From contig OZ245819.1 of the NCBI GenBank assembly GCA_965228485.1, positions 1,110,001 to 1,142,000 of the forward strand: a DNA stretch of 32,000 nucleotides, written 5' to 3'. This stretch comes from Candidatus Saccharimonadota bacterium. Its GTDB lineage: Bacteria > Patescibacteriota > Gracilibacteria > UBA4473. Each line of letters opens with the position of its first letter. Positions within the stretch are counted from its first letter, which is position 1. Both the position numbers and the translations under genes were made by a program. The notes beneath the pieces are model-generated. The model saw only the letters and a program-made list of their open reading frames with translations, did not search any database and was not told the DNA's origin. Shown here in pieces: positions 25,728-32,000 of this stretch.

Positions 25728-26168
25728 ATGATTGCTATTGTAAAAGTTGGTGGACACCAAGCGATTGTCCAACCAGGAGAACAGATCGAAGTTGATCGAA
25801 TTAACACGGAAGCAGGAAAGTCAGTTGAGCTAGAGGCGCTTCTTATTTCTGAAGAGGACGGGAAAAATTGTCAAATTGGTGCTCCAGTTCTTGATACGAA
25901 AATTAAAGCAAAAGTTATCGAGCATACTCGAGGCGATAAAATCCGAGTGTACAAAATGAAACCTCGAAAACGATATCGACGAACCAAAGGGCATCGTCAA
26001 GACTACACGGTTATTGAAATCGAAAAATTTGATGGAACGCCTAAAACTGCGGCGACTAAAAAAACAACCGCAAAAAAAGAAGATAAGGCTGAACCTAAGA
26101 AAACAGCGGCTAAAAAGCCAACTGCTAAAAAGGCACCTGCAAAAAAAGTTGCTAAAAAAGACGCTTAG
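25728..26168 (+). CDS. rplU: 50S ribosomal protein L21 with a Lys/Ala-rich C-terminal extension
   Basis: The N-terminal ~100 aa are typical L21 (MIAIVKVGGHQAIVQPGEQIEVDRI...KIRVYKMKPRKRYRRTKGHRQDYTVIEI). The last ~45 aa are AKK/KKxxAKK repeats. Confidence 0.9.
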   Translation: MIAIVKVGGHQAIVQPGEQIEVDRINTEAGKSVELEALLISEEDGKNCQIGAPVLDTKIKAKVIEHTRGDKIRVYKMKPRKRYRRTKGHRQDYTVIEIEKFDGTPKTAATKKTTAKKEDKAEPKKTAAKKPTAKKAPAKKVAKKDA

Positions 26169-26207
26169 GCGTAAAAGTATTAGTACAATTTTAAAACTGT
26201 TATATTT

Positions 26208-26741
26208 ATGGACCAACAAAACCCTCAGAATCCACAAGGTCAAATGCCACAGCAACCCGTTTCCGGGGGGGATATGCCTGCACAAACTGGACAACCTGCG
26301 GGAGGGAACTCTCAAGGGCAAGTTCCAGCACAAAGTGCTGCACCTCAAGTACCTATGGATCCTAATGCGAGACCAGGACAGCTATCTCAGAGGACTGGTC
26401 ATATGTTCAGTATTCCGCCACATCCAAATACTCAGTTTGATGAAGCACAGTTCTTAGCTTTATTGGAGGGATCTATTTCCCTAACTATGGAGGAAAAGCA
26501 ACGGGTAATTGATGCTATTCCTCGCTTGTCTATTGAACAAATTAATGAGCTTATTTCTATCTTTGAAGAAGAGAGACAGAAATTCTCAGAACTGGAAAAA
26601 GAATTTGCTGATGATGTAGCAAAATTAAAGGCTGAACGAGAAAAAGAAATTGCTATGACCGAATCTAAACAAGAAGAAGAAAGTGAAGCTGAAGCAGATG
26701 CGGCAGCGGCTGAAGCTCTGAAAAAACAAATGGGGCTTTAG
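26208..26741 (+). CDS. Hypothetical protein with a Gln/Pro/Gly-rich N-terminus and an acidic coiled-coil C-terminus
   Basis: This 177-aa ORF sits where rpmA (L27) often follows rplU, but it shows no L27 motifs. The central segment is LTMEEKQRVIDAIPRLSIEQINELISIFEEERQKF. Confidence 0.6.
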   Translation: MDQQNPQNPQGQMPQQPVSGGDMPAQTGQPAGGNSQGQVPAQSAAPQVPMDPNARPGQLSQRTGHMFSIPPHPNTQFDEAQFLALLEGSISLTMEEKQRVIDAIPRLSIEQINELISIFEEERQKFSELEKEFADDVAKLKAEREKEIAMTESKQEEESEAEADAAAAEALKKQMGL

Positions 26742-26760
26742 TTTCTAATAAAAATTTATT

Positions 26761-26791
26761 AAAAAAAGAAGCTAAGAGGCTTCTTTTTTTT
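26761..26791 (+). terminator. Rho-independent terminator (bidirectional in form) after the 26208-26741 gene
   Basis: The stem is AGAAGC-TAAGAG-GCTTCT. It is preceded by an A-run and followed by a T-run, and lies 20 nt after the stop codon. Confidence 0.6.
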
Positions 26792-26808
26792 GTCTTAAAT
26801 TTTTTAAA

Positions 26809-26841
26809 TAAAAAAAGACCACCTTATGGTGATCTTTTTTT
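26809..26841 (-). terminator. Rho-independent terminator after rplL (bidirectional in form)
   Basis: The stem is AGACCACC-TTAT-GGTGATCT with one C/A mismatch. It is flanked by A- and T-runs and lies 20 nt downstream of the rplL stop on the minus strand. Confidence 0.55.
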
Positions 26842-26860
26842 GAAAAGCATTATTTCAAGA

Positions 26861-27265
26861 TTAAACAAGCTCAACAGTAGCTCCAGCTTCTTCAAATTTC
26901 TTTTTCATTTCTTCAGCTTCGTCTGGTTTTACTCCTTCTTTGATTGTTCCTCCGTTATCAGCAAGTGCTTTTGCTTCTCCTAGACCTAGTCCAGTGATTT
27001 CTCGAACAACTTTAATTACAGCAATTTTTTGAGCTCCAGCGTCTTTTAGTTCAACGTTGTAGCTTGATTTTTCTTCTGCAGCTTCTTCTCCTCCAGCGGC
27101 TGGAGCAGCGGCAACAGCTACAGGGGCAGCAGCGCTGATTCCGTATTTTTCTTCAAAGTATTTAGCTACGTTGTTAGCTTCGATAACAGTTAGTTTTTCG
27201 ATAGCATCAACGACAGCTTGCTCGTTTTTTCCGAGCTCAACAGTAACAGTAGTTTCTTCTGACAT
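26861..27265 (-). CDS. rplL: 50S ribosomal protein L7/L12
   Basis: It has the typical N-terminal dimerisation region, an Ala-rich hinge ([22 protein letters not shown]) and the C-terminal domain motif [24 protein letters not shown]. Confidence 0.95.
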   Translation of the reverse strand: MSEETTVTVELGKNEQAVVDAIEKLTVIEANNVAKYFEEKYGISAAAPVAVAAAPAAGGEEAAEEKSSYNVELKDAGAQKIAVIKVVREITGLGLGEAKALADNGGTIKEGVKPDEAEEMKKKFEEAGATVELV

Positions 27266-27289
27266 GATGATTGGTAGTTAAATAATAAA

Positions 27290-27841
27290 TTATGAAGCAG
27301 AAGCGAATTTTTCCGCTTCTTTGAGAGACATAGTAATTCCTCGTAGACCATGAGTAAGGGCTGAATGAATCCCTTGAGGTCCGTGTCGAAGAGTGGCGAT
27401 GATTTTTGCCAGAGACTCTTCTTTTGATGGAGTTTCTGCTAGTACAGCAGCTGCTTGAGGATCAAGTAGTTTTCCTTCAAATACGGCTCCAGCAAAATCG
27501 AATTTAGAAACTTTCGTTTCTTTATCGGTGAACTCTTTTTTGAGTTTTTTAATTGCTGCAGCAGGTGCAATTTCATCGCTTTCAGAAACGATAACTGCAA
27601 CGGCTCCGTCTAGATCATCTGAATTAAATTCGGCTACCCCAGTTTCTTTTGCTGCAAGAGCAATAAGAGTTTTCTTGATAACCGTGTAAGACATTCCTTG
27701 TTCTCTCAGACTTCGTCGAGTGCTCTGAACTTCCATAACGGTTGGTCCATCGAATCGAACAAAGGCAATTCCACTCGCATTCTCAAATTTTTCTTTCAGA
27801 GCGGCGAGTTGGTCATTCTTTTTGGCTTTTGAAGTTGCCAT
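27290..27841 (-). CDS. rplJ: 50S ribosomal protein L10
   Basis: It sits immediately upstream of rplL. The L10-like sequence includes FVRFDGPTVMEVQSTRRSLREQGMSYTVIKKTL. Confidence 0.9.
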   Translation of the reverse strand: MATSKAKKNDQLAALKEKFENASGIAFVRFDGPTVMEVQSTRRSLREQGMSYTVIKKTLIALAAKETGVAEFNSDDLDGAVAVIVSESDEIAPAAAIKKLKKEFTDKETKVSKFDFAGAVFEGKLLDPQAAAVLAETPSKEESLAKIIATLRHGPQGIHSALTHGLRGITMSLKEAEKFASAS

Positions 27842-28051
27842 AGTTTTATTTGGTTAATGTCTTTGGCTGATATAAAAACAGCCTTTGGCTTGAGCAAAGA
27901 CCTACGGAGTGAAACGACCTAAAGGTTTTTAATTCCAGGCTCTAGAGCACGATGCTCTGAGCGCTAAAGATTGGAATCAATCGTTCCTCTTTCCACCTCG
28001 GTGGGTCTTAAATTGCCCACGGTCTTTGATGAAGCTCGCTCAATCTAAGGA
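27842..28051 (-). promoter_or_regulatory. Possible structured rplJ leader (L10-leader-like autoregulatory region); unverified
   Basis: A 210-nt gap lies between the NUDIX stop and the rplJ start. It contains a 9-bp bulged hairpin at 27939-27962 (GCUC-U-AGAGC/GCUCU-GAGC) and several shorter stems. I did not check any consensus. Confidence 0.25.
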
Positions 28052-28600
28052 TTACGGACGTTTTGTCAAAAAATTTTCCAAGAACATAATTCCTCCTAAA
28101 GTGGCGGCGGTACTTTTGCTTTCAGGATCAAGAAGGAGCATTTTTAATGCTTCTAAGTTTTTAACGGTAAAAGTTTCAATTTGTTCGGCATCTTCAAGTT
28201 CTGGTTCGTGAGTCTTTTCCGCATTCTCAGCTAAAAAATAGTGATACTGCATGCGACTTCCAGTTGGGTTGCTGTATATTTTCCCCAGAGGATGAAATAC
28301 TGGTGCTGTGAATCCAGTTTCCTCCAGGAGCTCTCTTTTTGCGGCTTCTCTAGGCTCTTCTCCTTTATCTATCATCCCCGCAGAAAATTCCGTAACAACT
28401 TGTCCACTGCCGTGTTTATAATTTTTTTGTAGAAGAATTTCACCATTCTTTAAAATAGGAATGATGATAACCGCTCCTTCATTTAAGTTTACAAACCATT
28501 CAGCCGTATTTCCGTTGGGAAGTTCAACAATTTGTTTTTCAATAGGGCAGAAAGGACTCTCAATTAAAGTTTTACGAGAGAGAATTTTAAAGGGCTTCAT
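28052..28600 (-). CDS. NUDIX hydrolase (ADP-ribose pyrophosphatase-like)
   Basis: It has the Nudix box GMIDKGEEPREAAKRELLEETGF. The ATG at 28600 overlaps the upstream stop (ATGA). The track start at 28684 lies inside the TspO gene. Confidence 0.85.
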   Translation of the reverse strand: MKPFKILSRKTLIESPFCPIEKQIVELPNGNTAEWFVNLNEGAVIIIPILKNGEILLQKNYKHGSGQVVTEFSAGMIDKGEEPREAAKRELLEETGFTAPVFHPLGKIYSNPTGSRMQYHYFLAENAEKTHEPELEDAEQIETFTVKNLEALKMLLLDPESKSTAATLGGIMFLENFLTKRP

Positions 28601-28992
28601 CCGTTTAACAGTGTGATAGTTAGCTGTAGGTAGGTGGCAAAAGTTACCCAGAGTAAATAGGGAATTTGTGCATATGTAACCCATTTTCTATAAGGCCAGA
28701 TAGCCTTCATTGCCCAGATCAAAGTGCCCCACACAATAAGAATGTCAGAGAAAGCTAACCAATTGTTCTGAATTCCAAACTGTATTGGCATAAATGCAAA
28801 ATTACTTACAAGGTTTAGAATGAAAGGAAGTGCTACTTTTTGAGGAATTTCTTTATTCCAGACAAGCCAAAAGACATAGCTGAAACTTATAAAAATAATG
28901 GTATATAAGAGACTCCAAACAGGCCCAAAAACATAGGCTGGAGGAGCCCAATCAGGTTTGATATATTCACTATAGGTTTGATAGTCTTCCAT
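28597..28992 (-). CDS. tspO: TspO/MBR-family (tryptophan-rich sensory protein) membrane protein
   Basis: The N-terminal motif is KPDWAPPAYVFGPVWSLLYTII. The protein is Trp-rich and multi-TM, at 131 aa. Its start overlaps the upstream stop by 1 nt (TAATG). Confidence 0.75.
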   Translation of the reverse strand: MEDYQTYSEYIKPDWAPPAYVFGPVWSLLYTIIFISFSYVFWLVWNKEIPQKVALPFILNLVSNFAFMPIQFGIQNNWLAFSDILIVWGTLIWAMKAIWPYRKWVTYAQIPYLLWVTFATYLQLTITLLNG

Positions 28993-30221
28993 TAGAATCG
29001 TTTGTTTTTCTTAAATAAAAGGTAGGCCAAAATAAAGAAAATACTGATGAAGAATAGCTGAACAATGTCTATTAGTGGAAGTTTTGGATGGATTTGAAAT
29101 TTATGACTGTTGAGCAGTTTGTTGATTAGGCTCTTTATATAATCAATTTTTTGTTTCTTATCGTAGAATGGGTTTTTTACATTAAAGTTTTTTGTACTGA
29201 TAATTTCATTTTTATCCATGAATTCTAATCGAATCTCATAACTTTTTTGATTTACTGGTAGAGAGAGGGTCTCGTCTACCTGCCATTGATTTTGTTCTAA
29301 TGTGATTTCTTGACCACTTAGATAAAGATCTTTTAAACGAAAGACCATAGCAGGATTATTTAAGTTTGTACTTCCTCCTGCATGAATATTTAGTTTTATT
29401 TCTTTTTCAAATAAGATTTTTGTATTGAGATATCGAAAGTTCACAAAATCCCCAGGAATAAAGAAGTCCCAGTGTTTAATCCCTGATCGCGCATTGCTCA
29501 ATCCATCGATTATTTGTGCGGCAAGAATATAGTTTCCGGCGGTGCCTGGTTTTTCAAACTCAAAGCTTTTTACTGAACGGCCAACATCAATGTTTTTGAG
29601 GTTAATAAAGTGTTCATGTATGAGATTTTCTGGAGCTAAATAATCTTGGAATAGGGAGATTTTTAGGGTTGATTCGGGGATAGCTTCTTGAGCTGTAATT
29701 TTTAGGTCTAAGTTGAGAGAATTTTCGTCAATTACAAAGGCTGAATTGTTTTCTAGAGTCACAGATAAGAGATTGTATTCACTGTCTATTTCAACCGTTG
29801 ATTCGGTGGAAGCCAGAAGTTTTCGAGTATTATCCATCACCTCTGCTTTTAATTTTAGCCTTCCTGAAAGGTGTTTGAATGACTCTCGAGAGAAATTGAA
29901 ATGTTGAATATTTTTACTGGGGTTCTTCCAGCTAAGAACTGACTGCCAAACAATATTTTCAGATTGGTTTGAAAGGGTAAAATAAATCTTTTTATCGGTA
30001 ATAATTTCACTAGGTAAAACGACTTCTCCGTTAAGCCCTTTTTTCCCCTCGAAGGAGTTTGGATTGATTTTTATTTGGGCCAGGTTAACGGCAGAAGTTT
30101 TTATAAGTTGAACATTTACGGCCGGCTCAAAATTTGCCTTCACTGTTCCTGCGTAAAAAAAGAGAAGTAGAGAGGAGGCTAAGCAAATATTTTTGAGCTG
30201 TTTGTAGAGGGAACAATTCAT
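28992..30221 (-). CDS. Uncharacterised secreted, C-terminally anchored protein 'A2' (paralog of the N-terminal half of A1)
   Basis: It has a signal peptide (ICLASSLLLFFYAGTVKA) and a C-terminal anchor (IVQLFFISIFFILAYLLFKKNKRF). Several motifs are shared with A1: IVW, SGRLKLKAEVMDNTRKLLA vs RGELRLVVKAEGSDDETLA, PENLIHEH vs SENLYYEY, and FIPGDFVNF vs FSPGDYIRL. Confidence 0.7.
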   Translation of the reverse strand: MNCSLYKQLKNICLASSLLLFFYAGTVKANFEPAVNVQLIKTSAVNLAQIKINPNSFEGKKGLNGEVVLPSEIITDKKIYFTLSNQSENIVWQSVLSWKNPSKNIQHFNFSRESFKHLSGRLKLKAEVMDNTRKLLASTESTVEIDSEYNLLSVTLENNSAFVIDENSLNLDLKITAQEAIPESTLKISLFQDYLAPENLIHEHFINLKNIDVGRSVKSFEFEKPGTAGNYILAAQIIDGLSNARSGIKHWDFFIPGDFVNFRYLNTKILFEKEIKLNIHAGGSTNLNNPAMVFRLKDLYLSGQEITLEQNQWQVDETLSLPVNQKSYEIRLEFMDKNEIISTKNFNVKNPFYDKKQKIDYIKSLINKLLNSHKFQIHPKLPLIDIVQLFFISIFFILAYLLFKKNKRF

Positions 30222-30268
30222 TTTTTATAATTGTATCTGTTTATTTGGTTTTTCCGAAATAAAAAGTT

Positions 30269-30829
30269 CTACCAGTTTCCGATAACGGTAATGTTTTTCC
30301 CTCGATTAAAGTTTTTATCTCGTCTCCAACTAGCTAATCTTGGGTGCGAAAAAGTACAACGTTCATCAAAGGAAGCTCTTGGGAGTAGGCTTGAAAGGCA
30401 TTTTTTGAATTCAAAATAGATAATTTTAGTTTCCTGATCATGAGTGAAAAAAGAGTTTCCAAACTTTTCATATATTGCTTCATAACACTGATTCTTTTGT
30501 ATTTTAAAACGAGGATAAATAGGGCCAATCCATATTTCGTGGTTTTCAGATATGAATATTTCGACCATATTTTCAATGATTCCATTTACACATCCTCGCC
30601 ACCCAGCATGAATAATTCCAAATTTTTTTTCAGATTTGAATATAATAGGAGCACAGTCTGCGGTTGTGACACCTAGGCAAAAATTAGTATTTCGAGCCCA
30701 GAGACCATCACAGTTTTCAATGTTTTCTTTTCCTGTTTTTATTTCAACAATATTGGCGCTATGTGTTTGATCTGGGATGAGGGTGTTTTTAGGAATTTCT
30801 TGTCCTGGTGCAAATACTTGGTAGCGCAT
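30269..30829 (-). CDS. pgeF: Peptidoglycan editing factor PgeF / YfiH (DUF152, laccase-domain) family; short form
   Basis: Family motifs are present: DQTHSANIV, TTADCAPIIF and GIIHAGWRGCVNGIIE. It is only 186 aa, so it appears to lack the usual N-terminal ~50 aa. Confidence 0.8.
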   Translation of the reverse strand: MRYQVFAPGQEIPKNTLIPDQTHSANIVEIKTGKENIENCDGLWARNTNFCLGVTTADCAPIIFKSEKKFGIIHAGWRGCVNGIIENMVEIFISENHEIWIGPIYPRFKIQKNQCYEAIYEKFGNSFFTHDQETKIIYFEFKKCLSSLLPRASFDERCTFSHPRLASWRRDKNFNRGKNITVIGNW

Positions 30830-30831
30830 TT

Positions 30832-32000
30832 TTATTGGAGAGAAGTTTTTGTCGTAATATTAAATACAGGTAGAGGAATTTGATCGTTTAGATTGTTAGT
30901 CCTAATGACTAGGGCATGTTGATTTGCGTCGCAAATACTGCTTATTTTGGCACAATGATTGTTGCTATTGTCTGGTATAGGGTGACCTCCTGAGTAAGGT
31001 GTTCCATAGCGTCTTAGATAATTAAGATCATATTTTTGTGCTTCGGTTAGAGTAACATCTTCTTGCCAAGGGTTTTGAGGTGGAGTATCAGCGGCTCCTC
31101 CAATTGTATTTTTTGTGAAGAGCATACCATTGAAAATTAATTGTTTTCCTAGAGGGGCGCTCGGATTATCGAGATTGGACTGATTTCTATTAGTAATAAC
31201 TTCATTAACATTCAATAGTGTCGGATCTGTTTCTAGGGTACTGAGAAGACTTCCATCTGCATATACTGTGGCGTTCATGTGTTGGACTTCTCCATGTATA
31301 AATAGATTTCCAGTTCTTCGATCAGTAGTATTTGAATTGATCAATATAATTCCAAAGTGGTGGTTGGTGTTATTATCTGGGTATAAGATATCTCTATCTA
31401 TTAATAAGTTTCCGTTTTCAATAATCAGTGTTTTAGCGCCTTCATCAAACCTTATAGCATCGGGGAAACTTCCTGTTCCAGTTAAGCGAACGTTCGTGTT
31501 TTTGAAATATACGAGGTCTTCATTGGTGAAGCCTGTGTCTATATTGAATTCTGTACTGGTTCGTGCGGCTTTGCCTCGAATAAGTTTGTACACATTTCTC
31601 ATAATATCTTCCCGCAGGTCTGATCCAGATAGATTTGTCAGTACGGAAAGATTATTACTTTGTTGTTTGATATTAAATGGTCCATAAGCCTTTCCTTCAA
31701 TGTCAGCCCCAATAGCTACCATTGATATTTGGGTGAAAGGGTCTCCGTAGATATTGGTTAAGCTCTGTCCAACAAAGGCTGGGTCAGTACCAATATAAGT
31801 TCCAAGATTTCCTGCAGGATGACTAATGTTATAGAGCGTAGAGTTGTGGTTTATATTTAAATTTATAGTAGAACTAATACTTACTTTTTCTGATGGGTTA
31901 TAACTGTGTTGATTGCTGGTGGTTACAAAATTTTCAGTGTGATTATCACTGGTGACTCCATTTGAGTTTATATCAAATCCTTGTGGAAGGTTATCAATGT
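30832..32000 (-). CDS. Uncharacterised secreted protein 'B2' (paralog of B1); 5' end runs off the window
   Basis: I translated the minus-strand frame by hand from 31723 to 32000 and found no stop, so the track Met at 31722 is internal. The region 30832-31722 aligns with the C-terminal ~293 aa of B1. Confidence 0.8.
   Translation of the reverse strand, partial: IDNLPQGFDINSNGVTSDNHTENFVTTSNQHSYNPSEKVSISSTINLNINHNSTLYNISHPAGNLGTYIGTDPAFVGQSLTNIYGDPFTQISMVAIGADIEGKAYGPFNIKQQSNNLSVLTNLSGSDLREDIMRNVYKLIRGKAARTSTEFNIDTGFTNEDLVYFKNTNVRLTGTGSFPDAIRFDEGAKTLIIENGNLLIDRDILYPDNNTNHHFGIILINSNTTDRRTGNLFIHGEVQHMNATVYADGSLLSTLETDPTLLNVNEVITNRNQSNLDNPSAPLGKQLIFNGMLFTKNTIGGAADTPPQNPWQEDVTLTEAQKYDLNYLRRYGTPYSGGHPIPDNSNNHCAKISSICDANQHALVIRTNNLNDQIPLPVFNITTKTSLQ

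Noticed and set aside
1-32000. Alternative genetic code (UGA recoding as in Gracilibacteria/SR1).
   Set aside because: Conserved genes (mutS, pyrB, pyrC, murD, nhaA, rplJ, rplL) are full-length and uninterrupted under the standard code.
1-32000. CRISPR arrays, tandem DNA repeats, rRNA or tRNA genes.
   Set aside because: I saw no regularly spaced direct repeats. Only the intergenic gaps at 8332-8594, 9840-10216, 25558-25727, 26742-26860 and 27842-28051 are long enough, and none shows a cloverleaf or rRNA-like sequence.

Overview
This is an AT-rich, tightly packed bacterial chromosome segment. Hand counts of single 60-nt lines give about 15-21 G+C in ordinary genes. Long ORFs are unbroken under the standard code. 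Many neighbouring genes overlap by 1-8 nt (TAATG, ATGA, ATGAATAG).

Gene content is dominated by cell-envelope functions: S41 protease, VanW, WecA-type transferase, MurD, O-antigen-ligase-like protein, DUF4012-like protein, PBP5-type carboxypeptidase, PgeF and small VirB2-like proteins. Housekeeping genes are few: mutS, pyrB, pyrC, rplU, rplJ, rplL, BolA/Grx, NUDIX and TspO. By inference only, this fits an uncultured small-genome lineage of the Patescibacteria/CPR type.

Five things stand out:
1. A 1.7-kb GC-rich cassette carrying nhaA is bracketed by a perfect 14-bp inverted repeat. It sits between convergent wecA-like and murD genes.
2. Inside that cassette, 3' of nhaA, is a 250-nt noncoding stretch of seven consecutive perfect stem-loops that I could not assign to any RNA class.
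3. A two-gene module of uncharacterised secreted or anchored proteins occurs twice in the window: A1/B1 at 2559-7288 and B2/A2 at 28992-32000.
4. A PP-loop protein is translationally coupled to murD, which may be a MurL/MurD2-type pair.
5. A tandem pair of small VirB2/TrbC-like proteins lies behind a strong promoter.

I found no CRISPR array, rRNA, tRNA, transposase or recognisable defence genes.
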